A stretch of 64,000 bases of DNA, taken from positions 90,060 to 154,059 of IMG/VR virus record IMGVR_UViG_3300025723_000017. One strand, written 5' to 3'. The position numbers and the translations under genes are program-made. A model generated the notes under the pieces. The model was not told where the DNA came from, did no database searches, and worked only from the letters and a program-made list of their open reading frames with translations. Of this stretch, positions 9,115 to 18,790 are shown piece after piece (position 1 is the stretch's first letter; each line of letters starts with the position of its first letter). This DNA comes from a virus. Its lineage: Duplodnaviria; Caudoviricetes.

Positions 9115-9441
9115 TTAGCAAAAAATGTCGTCATGCAGTGCATAGTCCATGTACATAGTGCCGTCTTCTAGCACCACTACGCTTACATTGTTAGTGTAGC
9201 AACTTGTGCTGCCGCTCATATCGCCCATTACTGCCAACGCCTCTACTACTTGCACGCTAACAATTTTGTCTGCAATATTAGCAAAGTCCTGCACTGTGTC
9301 GTATGCGTCCTCGTCCAGTGTGTAGCACGCCAGCAACGCTGTGTCGTCTCCGTCATAGTCTTTAACATCGTCTGCTATGTCAGTGTTTTTAACTTGCGTT
9401 AGCTTAATAAACTGCTTGCCCAAATCTTGTGCTATAAACAT
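9115..9441 (-). CDS. Acidic hypothetical early protein
   Basis: GGAG RBS; TTGCAA-17-TATAAT promoter. Confidence 0.75.
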   Translation of the reverse strand: MFIAQDLGKQFIKLTQVKNTDIADDVKDYDGDDTALLACYTLDEDAYDTVQDFANIADKIVSVQVVEALAVMGDMSGSTSCYTNNVSVVVLEDGTMYMDYALHDDIFC

Positions 9442-9675
9442 ATACGCTCCGTTTTGTTTACTGTAACTAAATTATACTGCTAACTACGCTAATTTGCAAG
9501 TAGTGTTTTGTTGCTGCTCAACAACACTAACTAACTGCACTACAACTAGATTATAAAGCAGTATTATTAAAAAGTCAACCCCTTCAAAGTGTTGTATGTA
9601 TACAACATTGATAAAGCTCTTGACAATTACGTCATTATGCACTATAATTATTTAAGTTAACAAACGGGACAAATT

Positions 9676-9906
9676 ATGTTGCAAAACACTATTGTAGTCA
9701 ACAATAACTCTGTAACTGTTGCTAATGCGCAACGCCCTTTTAGTAACAATTTTTTGTTTAACCGTGCAATTAAAACAGTACGTACCCGCAACGGCCGTGA
9801 CGCTTATGTTGTTAGCGTAACGTGTGCAGCTGACAGCAACGAGCCAGGGCGTGTGTATTTTTGTACATATACAGCAAAAGGCACACTCTTAGAGTGCCTA
9901 TGCTAA
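9676..9906 (+). CDS. Hypothetical protein
   Basis: TTGACA-17-TATAAT promoter at about 9620-9648. Confidence 0.7.
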   Translation: MLQNTIVVNNNSVTVANAQRPFSNNFLFNRAIKTVRTRNGRDAYVVSVTCAADSNEPGRVYFCTYTAKGTLLECLC

Positions 9907-9982
9907 AGTAGTAAAATACTGCTTGACTATTGACCGGTCCTGCAGTATAATAACAGTACACTTAAACAATTGGAGCGAACCC

Positions 9983-10234
9983 ATGTTTGATATCTCTCGT
10001 ATTGCCCGTGTTTACAACGGGCGGATTGGTTGTATGTGCGGCTGTAACGGCAAGTACAGCTACAATGAGGGCGTGCCGCACGAGGACTGGCAAGGTGAAG
10101 TCAACGTGCGTAGCGTTAAAATCATTGCTGGCAAAGTGTTTAAGAATCCAAAGGCCAACTACACAGAAAGCCCAACGTATGTATTCGTTGAGGACCGAGC
10201 CAGGAATCGTATGCAGGTAGTTTACTTCAAGTAA
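9983..10234 (+). CDS. Hypothetical protein (GCMCGC motif)
   Basis: Promoter 9923-9951, GGAG RBS, ATG 9983; terminator follows. Confidence 0.75.
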   Translation: MFDISRIARVYNGRIGCMCGCNGKYSYNEGVPHEDWQGEVNVRSVKIIAGKVFKNPKANYTESPTYVFVEDRARNRMQVVYFK

Positions 10235-10604
10235 TCAAAATGGGGCCGAGGCCCCATTTTTCAGTAGGTATTTGACTGCACAGGGTCAAATTCTGATGTC
10301 AAATTCTATCGGCCAATTCTACAGGCCAATTCCCACACTTGAATCCGCATCATTCCTGCCGCTTGAGAATCTTCCCATCTAAGGGTTAAGTATTAGTCCT
10401 GAGATTTAAGTCGTGTATATGAATGATATGCCCTCATCAGACTGGTGGTGTCAATACAGAATTAGTTCTTCCCGCCAGCTGACTAATCTCTCATCATGAA
10501 TCAAGGTTAGCCTGGGGCTAACCTTGATGGTGTCGTCTAGGATTTGAATTCTACAGACCAATTCTAACCCGCAAATTTTAGAATTGACGTCTGCAATATC
10601 AAAT

Positions 10605-11189
10605 CTAGGATTTGAATTCTAACTGCGGAATCTCGTTGTCTTCTTCTTCCCACTCTGACATCGTCACGCTGATATTAAACGCATGGTCGATATCTTCAGG
10701 CACGTTCTCCTCAACCCAGTCGCTATTGCCCTGGATTGTAATAGTGTTTTCACCTGAACCCGTATTGTACTCGCCGCAAAAGCCTACTCCTGGCTCATAG
10801 TACATGGCTTCAATGTGAAAGCCCAGCTCCTCCAATTCCCGATATGCTTCGACCGGAGGTGACCACGCTGATTCAAAGTTTAACTGCAATCCGTTTTCAA
10901 TGTCCTGCCATCCCTCGCCGCCCACGTCCCATTTGGTACCCCATTTGTCCACGCAAAAGTCATACCACGTAGCATAACCGTAAACAGATAAATTTCGTAC
11001 AATTTTGGCTTGGTTGGCTGCTTCCTCGACATCATCACCAAACGAACCTGACACCGTGTCTTCAAGGTCTCGGGGAATGGGAATAAAGGTCTGTAATAGC
11101 TTACCCTCCTTGAACCCGTCTCTAGCACGAGACGTCATTGAGGGATCTTTGTGTGTTAGCACTACTGCGTTCTGGCACCAATTGGGCAT
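10605..11189 (-). CDS. DUF1281/YubB-like ferredoxin-fold phage protein
   Basis: MPNWCxN start, WYDFCVDKWGTKWD, FESAWSPP, YYEPGVGFCG motifs. Confidence 0.75.
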   Translation of the reverse strand: MPNWCQNAVVLTHKDPSMTSRARDGFKEGKLLQTFIPIPRDLEDTVSGSFGDDVEEAANQAKIVRNLSVYGYATWYDFCVDKWGTKWDVGGEGWQDIENGLQLNFESAWSPPVEAYRELEELGFHIEAMYYEPGVGFCGEYNTGSGENTITIQGNSDWVEENVPEDIDHAFNISVTMSEWEEEDNEIPQLEFKS

Positions 11190-11254
11190 ATCAGCTCCTG
11201 ATGTGTTGAATAATTGTCACTACAACTACATTATACTCGATATTGACGAAATAG

Positions 11255-11458
11255 TCAATACAGAGATTCTAGAGCCATTTCCTGTGCTACGTCTGGGTAC
11301 TCTTCACTGAGCTCGTCTAACTCGTCAGCAGTGAGTGAGGTACCATCCATAAAGGCGGCATAGCTAAAGTAAGTATCAACAAAGTCAGGATAATCTTTGG
11401 TATCGACACCATCAACCTCTAAACTATTGCGATCTACTTCGCGTCCGTTTATTTGCAT
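11255..11458 (-). CDS. Hypothetical early protein
   Basis: EVDGVDTKDYPDFVD...DGTSLTADELD; own promoter. Confidence 0.8.
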   Translation of the reverse strand: MQINGREVDRNSLEVDGVDTKDYPDFVDTYFSYAAFMDGTSLTADELDELSEEYPDVAQEMALESLY

Positions 11459-11537
11459 GTTACTGCTCCTGTAGGTTTACTTAACTAGATTATACTGGAT
11501 ATTGACGAACTAGTCAATGGGGCTTGCGCCCCATTGT

Positions 11538-11801
11538 TTAGGAAAACTCGTAAATGTTAACTGTGGGGTCCAGTGCCAACAATTCCTTGGCTGCTGCCAT
11601 TAAGAATCGATATCTGCGAGCTACTTCTGCACGGGGCAACTCGCCATCGCATGTCAAGTTTTCTGGACTCAACTGTGAATCAATAATCCCTGCAATTCTC
11701 TGACGATCCTGTGCATTCTGCAAGCTGAGTTGTGGACGATTAAATGCGCTAGCAAATGCATTTTCTTTGTCTACTAAAGCAGTGAGTTTGGTAACTTTCA
11801 T
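11538..11801 (-). CDS. Hypothetical early protein
   Basis: LSPENLTCDGEL motif; own promoter; terminator downstream. Confidence 0.8.
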   Translation of the reverse strand: MKVTKLTALVDKENAFASAFNRPQLSLQNAQDRQRIAGIIDSQLSPENLTCDGELPRAEVARRYRFLMAAAKELLALDPTVNIYEFS

Positions 11802-11855
11802 TTAGTTCTCCGTTTGTTTACTGTACTGCTATTATACTCGATATTGGCGGAAATG

Positions 11856-12251
11856 TCAATCGGCATCCATGACCAGTCGGCCGTAAGTCTTGTAAAACCA
11901 GCTAAATTCAGATAACTTACCAGGATTATACCAAGGTAGATATTGCATGGATCCCAATTTCATCAAGGCCACGGGAAACAATGAGTCAGCTACCTTGGGA
12001 GGAATACTGCGCAATAGTGCTTCATATTCAACGGAACTTAGTCGTTTCCAATGACGCATAATGTTTGACGCATCTTCCTGAATTTTGTCAGTCGTAGACT
12101 CGGGAGCAGGAAAATTCTCCCTGCAGTACTTCAACAGGGCATTAATTTTCGGATATAATTCTGGGCCGTCATCGACACCACGGCAGTCATCCAACAACTG
12201 CAATGCAGTAGTATATCGTATATTATTGTCGAGAGTTTGATCGCTGTTCAT
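11856..12251 (-). CDS. Hypothetical protein, paralogue of 14640-15086 without signal peptide
   Basis: Shares TALQLLD.CRG, LLKYCRENFPAPEST, RSIPPKVADSLFPVALMKLG. Confidence 0.8.
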   Translation of the reverse strand: MNSDQTLDNNIRYTTALQLLDDCRGVDDGPELYPKINALLKYCRENFPAPESTTDKIQEDASNIMRHWKRLSSVEYEALLRSIPPKVADSLFPVALMKLGSMQYLPWYNPGKLSEFSWFYKTYGRLVMDAD

Positions 12252-12256
12252 TTATT

Positions 12257-12658
12257 TTACTTAGCCTTTGCTTTGGTGACAACGTATCCTGAAGTCTGTA
12301 GGTATCGGACCATGTGATTTATTGTCTGCTCTTCTGCGGCCTCTACATTAGACGTATATAGGTCGTGTTCAACCTGGTCGCATGCGGATACAAATTTGGC
12401 AAGTTGAGGAATGAGCATGGATTCTAACGTGGCATAGACTATATCACCCCACTCGCCCATGGCCATTTCCGTTAAATTTTTAGTGAATTCGGCCACGAAC
12501 TTTTCGTCTGCATAGATGGATTTGGCCAACTTGCCGGCCGCAGGCACCTTGGCCTTTTTTAGGGCTTCGTCAGCGAAATTATCATGCAACGTATTCCTGA
12601 TGTGTGAAGCAAGTAGGTCAGTGACGAATTTGTCTTTGATGGTGATGGTGATTGGCAT
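12257..12658 (-). CDS. Hypothetical protein (similar to 59702-60139)
   Basis: ITITI...F.DE.LK.A..P...; C-terminal L..SGYVVTK. Confidence 0.75.
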   Translation of the reverse strand: MPITITIKDKFVTDLLASHIRNTLHDNFADEALKKAKVPAAGKLAKSIYADEKFVAEFTKNLTEMAMGEWGDIVYATLESMLIPQLAKFVSACDQVEHDLYTSNVEAAEEQTINHMVRYLQTSGYVVTKAKAK

Positions 12659-12720
12659 TTTTAGATCCCGTAAGTTGTGATATATGTATTATACTCGATA
12701 TTGATTCAACAGTCAAGTAT

Positions 12721-12993
12721 TTAGACTGCGGTTTCGACCTTGCGACCTCGAGGTTTGAGACGATCAATTTCGCTTTGCAATGCCAATACTATCTCAGCGT
12801 TGCCACAATCAAAGTTATTTGACAACAGGTACTGACAGGCTGTGTCTTTGTTCATTGGCGCTGGTAATTCAATAAGGGCAATGTCTTTGTGTCCGGCACG
12901 TTCAAGCACGCGAGCGCGGTCCAGTGAGTTAGCGAAACGTGCGGTTAATCCAGTGGTTCTACGGCTTACACCAGCGACTTTGAAAAGTTTCAT
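12721..12993 (-). CDS. Hypothetical phage protein
   Basis: GGAG RBS then MKLFKVAGVS...RFAN...GHKDIALIELPAPMNK. Confidence 0.75.
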   Translation of the reverse strand: MKLFKVAGVSRRTTGLTARFANSLDRARVLERAGHKDIALIELPAPMNKDTACQYLLSNNFDCGNAEIVLALQSEIDRLKPRGRKVETAV

Positions 12994-13060
12994 ATACTGC
13001 TCCATGAGAAAAAAAATTAATAATGAGAAACCACAATCAATGGGGCTTTCGCCCCATTGT

Positions 13061-13348
13061 TTATACAGCGTCTTCGACAATCGACAGCATATTGGCTGGC
13101 ACTTTCCAAAGTCCGTCTATGGTCTTAACCGTTACAAACTTCTGTGCAATCTTAGTCACATGGCCAGTGATGTTTCTGCCAGTGCGGCTGCTGGTAAAGT
13201 TCACGTTCACGCCCAGCGAAAGTTCACGCTTGACATCCTTGACCAACTCACTACGAGCATACCTAATAGCTTCTGACAGTAAGTTTAATTCGTCGTTGTT
13301 AAAGTTACTGAATTGAATAGCATAGCGAACTTCTTGTAATGTCTTCAT
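13061..13348 (-). CDS. Hypothetical protein with SH3-like C-terminus
   Basis: LSLGVNVNF...TGHVTKIAQKFVTV...WKVPANML. Confidence 0.75.
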   Translation of the reverse strand: MKTLQEVRYAIQFSNFNNDELNLLSEAIRYARSELVKDVKRELSLGVNVNFTSSRTGRNITGHVTKIAQKFVTVKTIDGLWKVPANMLSIVEDAV

Positions 13349-13395
13349 CTTCAACTCCGTTGTGTTAGTGTATAACTATTATAACCAAAATTGAA

Positions 13396-13851
13396 TCAAT
13401 TGTCAACCAGTTCAGCTTGCAAGTCTGGACCCAGCTCAACAAAATCGCGACCATAAGAACGATAGTACCATACGCCATCGTTGCGCAGGATGTAATCAAA
13501 TTCCTTACTGCGCCCGGAGATTTTATACATGCCAAAGTCCCAATAACTCTGGGCTTGACACTTTGTCTCACCACGATCACGAGCGTAAAACGTAGTCATT
13601 TTGTCGTATAACCGATCATACTCCCGTAAGTCCATGCCTGCCTCGGCGGCACTGAACGGATGCTGAACCCCAATCGTCGGGGCTAGGCTGCTGATGTCGC
13701 CCAGATCAATAAGCTGGCGCAATTGAGTAGGGTCCGAGTAATGATCCCGCAATAGCCGCCCATTAAAACTCAAATAGCCATCCCAGTGGCAGTACACTTG
13801 TTTAACTGTACCGTCTGCGAGTTCGATTGCGATAGTTGACCGTGTTGCCAT
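13396..13851 (-). CDS. Conserved phage hypothetical protein
   Basis: MATRSTIA...VYCHWDGY motif; own promoter. Confidence 0.85.
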   Translation of the reverse strand: MATRSTIAIELADGTVKQVYCHWDGYLSFNGRLLRDHYSDPTQLRQLIDLGDISSLAPTIGVQHPFSAAEAGMDLREYDRLYDKMTTFYARDRGETKCQAQSYWDFGMYKISGRSKEFDYILRNDGVWYYRSYGRDFVELGPDLQAELVDN

Positions 13852-13922
13852 TTGTTACTCCTGTAGGTTTACTGTACTGCTATTATAACCGAAAACGACG
13901 TAATTGTCTAGTGATATTTTCA

Positions 13923-14147
13923 CTAGCAATAAAACGACTCGTCTCTTTCTTCTGCACCAATCGCCGTATATACAGCTTCCCGAACCGCTGTATCCAGGGC
14001 CTCGGCCCGACCGGGTTGCTGTGCCAACTTCTCCAGGAGTTTATAAGTTTCGTACCAGGAAAGCCGCTGAGCTAGACTCAGCGAAACAATATTGCCCACT
14101 GCTAGATTACCCTCTGGGGTGTACATTTCGTAATCTTTTGTATCCAT
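13923..14147 (-). CDS. Hypothetical early protein
   Basis: YEMYTPEGNLAV...EALDTAVREAVY; own promoter. Confidence 0.8.
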   Translation of the reverse strand: MDTKDYEMYTPEGNLAVGNIVSLSLAQRLSWYETYKLLEKLAQQPGRAEALDTAVREAVYTAIGAEERDESFYC

Positions 14148-14213
14148 TTCGTTTACTCCCGGTGTGTTTACTGTACCAGTATTATAACCGATAACGATTT
14201 ATTTGTCAAGCCG

Positions 14214-14411
14214 TTATTCAATAATCAATATAGGATGATCAAGGTCCAGTGTGTCAAGCATCACTTCGAGATGTTCGTCACAGTTAAGAATCATACCCGC
14301 AACAGGTATGGTTTCATCAATAATACTGTTATATACCGTTACGTTTGAGTCTAACTGCTCTTCTGAGAGTGTTGAGATCCACTGGGCTAACTCTCGATAA
14401 GTTGGTGTCAT
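14214..14411 (-). CDS. Hypothetical protein
   Basis: AAGGAG RBS; TYREL....LSEEQLDSNVTV. Confidence 0.75.
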   Translation of the reverse strand: MTPTYRELAQWISTLSEEQLDSNVTVYNSIIDETIPVAGMILNCDEHLEVMLDTLDLDHPILIIE

Positions 14412-14639
14412 TTCGTTTACTCCTTAGTATGCAATTTTGTGAACATTTTCATTTTTGCCGACATAAAATGTTCGGCCATTCATTAACATTCGCGCAGTAC
14501 GGGTTGACTGTTTGCGGTAGTCGTTGCCGTTCAAGTGGAACAATTGTCCTATTTTAAGTTCTGCAAATAGCCAAGTATTGTACATCTCTGCTCCCGTTTG
14601 TTTACTATACTGCTATTATAACCGAAAACGATTTAATTG

Positions 14640-15086
14640 TCAATAGGCATCTAGGACCAGTTGGCAGTAAGTCTTGGCAAACCAGCCAAATTCAGATAAC
14701 TTACAGGGGTCAATAAGATCAGCTAGTTGATAATGAGCTAAGCCCAATTTCATCAAGGCCACGGGAAACAGTGAGTCAGCTACTTTGGGAGGAATACTGC
14801 GAAGGAATGCTTCATGTTCAATTGAACTCAACTCCCCTCGTTTCAGGATGTTCCGCATATCTTCCCGAAGATCGAGTGTAGACTCGGGAGCAGGAAAATT
14901 CTCCCTGCAGTACTTCAACAGGGCATCAACCCGTGTATGGACTTCTGCGACGTCATCGATGCCTCGGCAGTTATCCAACAACTGCAAGGCAGTATGATAT
15001 CGTGTGGGAATTCCTGCATTGGCGGCACCAACACTGGCGGCTGCGGCCAGTGCCATAATACTGCCAAGAAAATGTCTGCGATCCAT
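14640..15086 (-). CDS. Protein with twin-arginine (Tat)-type signal peptide
   Basis: MDRRHFLGSIMALAAAASVGAANA then a body paralogous to 11856-12251. Confidence 0.8.
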   Translation of the reverse strand: MDRRHFLGSIMALAAAASVGAANAGIPTRYHTALQLLDNCRGIDDVAEVHTRVDALLKYCRENFPAPESTLDLREDMRNILKRGELSSIEHEAFLRSIPPKVADSLFPVALMKLGLAHYQLADLIDPCKLSEFGWFAKTYCQLVLDAY

Positions 15087-15134
15087 TTACTGCTCCTGTT
15101 GGTTTAATGTACTGCTATTATAACCAAAATTGAA

Positions 15135-15347
15135 TCAATTGTCAAATGATTCTTCGCCAATTTCTGTCACCGTCTCGTCAACGACTTGAACCCCAATGAT
15201 GCGATATGTTTGCGTCAGGTCACTGACGCCAACAAACGCCTCTGTAAAGTCTTGGTCCCTGGCAAGGAAGTTCAATACTGCCTGTTTATCTGCACCTTCG
15301 GGAACTTCAATTTCTTGACGAATTACTGTGGTGACGTATGCTTTCAT
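15135..15347 (-). CDS. Hypothetical early protein
   Basis: Own promoter/RBS. Confidence 0.75.
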   Translation of the reverse strand: MKAYVTTVIRQEIEVPEGADKQAVLNFLARDQDFTEAFVGVSDLTQTYRIIGVQVVDETVTEIGEESFDN

Positions 15348-15455
15348 TATTGACTCCTGTGTGTTTACTCAACTGCTATTATAACCAGAATTGACGGAAA
15401 TGTCAAGTGTTGGTGACGGGAACGTGCATTATACTCGCACCCGCCACCCCTAGCC

Positions 15456-15791
15456 TTAGTCTGCTCTGCTTCCGCTGTAGGCTTTAAGTCCCAGTCGTTC
15501 GCGCAATATCTCCGCGCAGGCATCTGCACCTACTTCTTTAATGTCCATGCTTTGTGTTGGCAAACCGCTGGGGTTCCACAATTGTAACCCACCGCCATAG
15601 GCTTTGCTAAACCCGTATCGGGCCAACAGTTTACCCAGCTTGCTATTACTGCGCACGCCATAGACTGTACACCATGCAAACCCACAATAAGCAGGCTCGC
15701 CATGCTGTGCCAAATAAGCCCGGGCACGTTGCTGGGCAGTTTCAATGGATTCTTTAATAACAATTTCTGCTACTGCGAGATCTTCAACCAT
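15456..15791 (-). CDS. Conserved phage hypothetical protein
   Basis: CGFAW...QSMDIKEVGA.A motif. Confidence 0.8.
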   Translation of the reverse strand: MVEDLAVAEIVIKESIETAQQRARAYLAQHGEPAYCGFAWCTVYGVRSNSKLGKLLARYGFSKAYGGGLQLWNPSGLPTQSMDIKEVGADACAEILRERLGLKAYSGSRAD

Positions 15792-15846
15792 CTTCAACTC
15801 CTGTTTGTTTACTGTACTGCTATTATAACCAAAATTGAATCAATTG

Positions 15847-16035
15847 TCAAGCCTGGGGTAACAGTGCTCCATCGACGGCATCACGTAGTTGAATATAATT
15901 ATTCATGACGAAGGTATATTCCTCGTCACTTAGACCAGTGGCCCGACATGCTCGTGGGTCAAACATATTCCACTTGCCCGACATCTGTACCCGACGGTAA
16001 CTACTGAAATTCTTTAACTGTTTTTCTGTAAACAT
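15847..16035 (-). CDS. Hypothetical protein
   Basis: VQMSGKWNMFD motif; coupled to 16038. Confidence 0.7.
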   Translation of the reverse strand: MFTEKQLKNFSSYRRVQMSGKWNMFDPRACRATGLSDEEYTFVMNNYIQLRDAVDGALLPQA

Positions 16036-16037
16036 GA

Positions 16038-16241
16038 TTACTTACTCCCAACCAATAACCTTGCCAAGATTGCAATGCCCCAAGCCTGCAACCATGTGAT
16101 GTCTTGTAGACCCACGATAGCATCTACTAAACAGTTATTCCACAACGTCATTACCGGCCAACTAAGTACGAGCCCGACTGCTAACACCAGCATGACACCT
16201 AAAACGAAACCACCTAATGCTTTGTATAGTTCTTCCATCAT
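16038..16241 (-). CDS. Small membrane protein
   Basis: Two hydrophobic segments, LWN...ITWLQAWG. Confidence 0.75.
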   Translation of the reverse strand: MMEELYKALGGFVLGVMLVLAVGLVLSWPVMTLWNNCLVDAIVGLQDITWLQAWGIAILARLLVGSK

Positions 16242-16293
16242 CGACTCCTGTAGGTTTACTCAACTGCTATTATAACCAAAATTGAATCAATTG

Positions 16294-16644
16294 TCAAGCC
16301 CGCAGATACTGATAAGGCAGGCCCAGTAGGTACTCTAGATAACTAGCATCACCCTGCGTGTCGTTAGCCTCATGCAGCCAACGCAGGGCCATAGCGCGAT
16401 CACGGGCACCTGACTCCAGTAGTGTTAGAACTGTGCGTTCGAAGCGATCTGTGGCCTCTGCTTCAGCCTGTGCCCTGTGGACCGCATTCAGGCGACAGAC
16501 CTCAGCTAAGGTCTCGAACTCCTTATCGAAATCCTGCAGAGTCCAGTTCTGGGTATTACTGGCGCGAGGGCGCACACCATACGCTTCCTTATAAAAGTCC
16601 CAGTAGGTGTTCTGCGCTTCTTGCAATTGATCTAGTTCTAACAT
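16294..16644 (-). CDS. Conserved phage hypothetical protein
   Basis: WDFYKEAYGVRPR...GARDRAMALRW...YLLGLPY. Confidence 0.8.
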   Translation of the reverse strand: MLELDQLQEAQNTYWDFYKEAYGVRPRASNTQNWTLQDFDKEFETLAEVCRLNAVHRAQAEAEATDRFERTVLTLLESGARDRAMALRWLHEANDTQGDASYLEYLLGLPYQYLRA

Positions 16645-16927
16645 AGCTGGCTCCTGTTTGTTTACTCAACTGCTATTATAACCAAAATTGAATCAATTGT
16701 CAAGCCGTTTGTTTGACGTGATGCCTGAGGTCAGGATCCTGGCGAAGTATTTTTCTCCAGTCCCATTTAGCCTGTGTGTATGCTTCGCGGCTCAGTGTAA
16801 ATGAGGGGTTCTTTGCCGTAGCCCAGTTAACGAAATTTATACGTTCAATATGACTTCTAAATAGCACGGTCATCTCCTGTTGTTTACTGTATAAACATTA
16901 TAACGGCAATAGTGTTGATTGTCAATA

Positions 16928-17025
16928 TGGAATCCATTGTGAGTAGGCCTCGAACCTACATGTGGTGTTTATTTCCACCGGCTCCTATCCGAGCCTATGT
17001 CTACCAATTCCATCATCACGGATTC
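16928..17025 (-). tRNA. Aberrant tRNA-Leu-like RNA
   Basis: D loop GGAATTGGTAGAC, long variable arm GGTG/CACC, T arm GTAGG-TTCGAGG-CCTAC, 3' CCA; 6-nt anticodon loop GGATAG and bulged acceptor; own promoter 17084-17113. Confidence 0.6.
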
Positions 17026-17194
17026 TTGGGGTCATGACTTCCCAATATGGACAGGGTAATTACTCCTGTTTTCGCCATATTTATATTATACTGAGGTTTG
17101 TCTTGTATGTCAAGTCACTTACTTCATCATCGTCTCCGTTAGAGGCAGTACCGCCGGTGGGGTTCTCCCCCACCTTTATGAATGGTCTAGAAGA

Positions 17195-17425
17195 TCAAGC
17201 TCCGATTGCGTAATGACGCAGTGTCTGTTGATATTGTTGATAGTTAGCGTGTCTCTTGGCATTGCCCTGCCACGCGACTACTACTGTGCCTGAAGGCTTA
17301 ATACCCCAAAATCTCCCGCGATACAGGGCGGCATTCTCACCTGTATAGACCCATTGTCCTGGCTGAAGTCGGCGCATTTCAGCTGGTGTCATACTGCCAA
17401 TGTCAACTGTCGGGGTGTATTTCAT
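17195..17425 (-). CDS. Hypothetical early protein
   Basis: LQPGQWV...RGRFWG; own promoter. Confidence 0.75.
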   Translation of the reverse strand: MKYTPTVDIGSMTPAEMRRLQPGQWVYTGENAALYRGRFWGIKPSGTVVVAWQGNAKRHANYQQYQQTLRHYAIGA

Positions 17426-17492
17426 TTGGGGCTCCGTAGGTTTACTGTAACTAAATTATAGCTGTAATTGGAGTAAGAGTCAAGTCCAGTGA

Positions 17493-17843
17493 TTAGGACA
17501 GTGTAAGACTGCGATTCAGCACTGCCATTACATTGTGCAGGGCCTGAGAATTAAATCCGCCCACGTGCCACTCGTATTCCTCTGTGGGTGTGCTGGGCTC
17601 TTTCCAATCATAAATCGTAGCAACTACGCCGTCGCTAAACTGAATGATCCATTCTTGTGTGACTTTATCACCGGGTCCTCTGCTGGGACCAAACACCTCA
17701 ACTAGACGTTGGTATCGTGTAGTGACCGTGCCCTGCAGATGTGTTCCCGACGCAGAGGACGAGCTGACGGGTTGAAATGTTATACTGGGTTTAATTCCCA
17801 ACGGGGTCATACCGGGAATAGCTGCCACTTGTGGTGTTTTCAT
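17493..17843 (-). CDS. Conserved phage hypothetical protein
   Basis: GTHLQG...LVEVFGP...DKV..EW...ATIYDWK...WHVGG. Confidence 0.8.
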   Translation of the reverse strand: MKTPQVAAIPGMTPLGIKPSITFQPVSSSSASGTHLQGTVTTRYQRLVEVFGPSRGPGDKVTQEWIIQFSDGVVATIYDWKEPSTPTEEYEWHVGGFNSQALHNVMAVLNRSLTLS

Positions 17844-18081
17844 ATCGCGCTCCTGTTCGTTTACTGTAACTAAATTATAGCTGTAATTGGACTAAATGTC
17901 AACTAATCTGCCAGAAGATTAGGGGATTGAGCTGCTTACGTTTAGTCCAGTAAGGCAAAGCCCATTCTATATTAGTTTCAATTACCAAGGGCCTGGTGCG
18001 GCCTTTAATGTATACCGTCATCACGAGGTCTGCTCCTGTTCGTTTACTGTAACTAAATTATAGCTGTAATTGGACTAAATG

Positions 18082-18492
18082 TCAAGCAGTATGCAGGTAT
18101 GGTTTGTTCCACTGCCCAATGTTGACGTCCACATACCAGCCCACGCAAAAGTAGTCTGACTGGGCGTCACTGCGATCGTAATTGCCCTGGTTCATTACAG
18201 TAAAGACTTCGGTTAAAAAGTCTAAAGCCCGGCCAGTAAAGTGTTCTTGATACCAGTAGGGGTTAACCTGCAGGTACCGTATTGGAGGCTGATGCTCCTG
18301 GCGATGTTGGCTGTCCCAGCCCTGCCGTCGATCCTGACAGTTGCCGATAAAGTCAATATCTCCACTACGGATGTTGAGTACGAGGGTGCTGTGATTACGA
18401 ACTGCCAACGACGCCTTGACTCTGTAGCGTCTCAAAATCTCTCGAATTTGGGGTGCAATCTCTGCTTTCTTTTGTTGGCTCATGTAGGCCAT
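18082..18492 (-). CDS. Conserved phage hypothetical protein
   Basis: MAYMSQ..K...YDRSDAQSDYF.VGWYVDVNIG.WNKPY. Confidence 0.85.
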   Translation of the reverse strand: MAYMSQQKKAEIAPQIREILRRYRVKASLAVRNHSTLVLNIRSGDIDFIGNCQDRRQGWDSQHRQEHQPPIRYLQVNPYWYQEHFTGRALDFLTEVFTVMNQGNYDRSDAQSDYFCVGWYVDVNIGQWNKPYLHTA

Positions 18493-18546
18493 ATTTCGCT
18501 CCAGTTGTTAACTTACCCAGTATTATACGTGATTGAGCCCCAGAGG

Positions 18547-18732
18547 TCAACCCTCCGGGGTCTCGTCTATGTCGAAGTGACAATAGTCAGTTACCCCACG
18601 ATCGTATCCCGCACGGAAAGCCGATTGCTCTACTGACGTCATGGTTTCCCACCCGTCATACTCTTCTTGTCCCACTACCCGACCCTGATAGTATCCCAAG
18701 GCATAAGCATACTCGCGTCCTGCTGTATTCAT
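18547..18732 (-). CDS. Hypothetical early protein
   Basis: Own promoter/RBS. Confidence 0.7.
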   Translation of the reverse strand: MNTAGREYAYALGYYQGRVVGQEEYDGWETMTSVEQSAFRAGYDRGVTDYCHFDIDETPEG

Positions 18733-18790
18733 AGCCGCTCCAGTTGTTTAGTGTACTGCTATTATAGCAGAGTTGACCGCCGGGGTCAAC

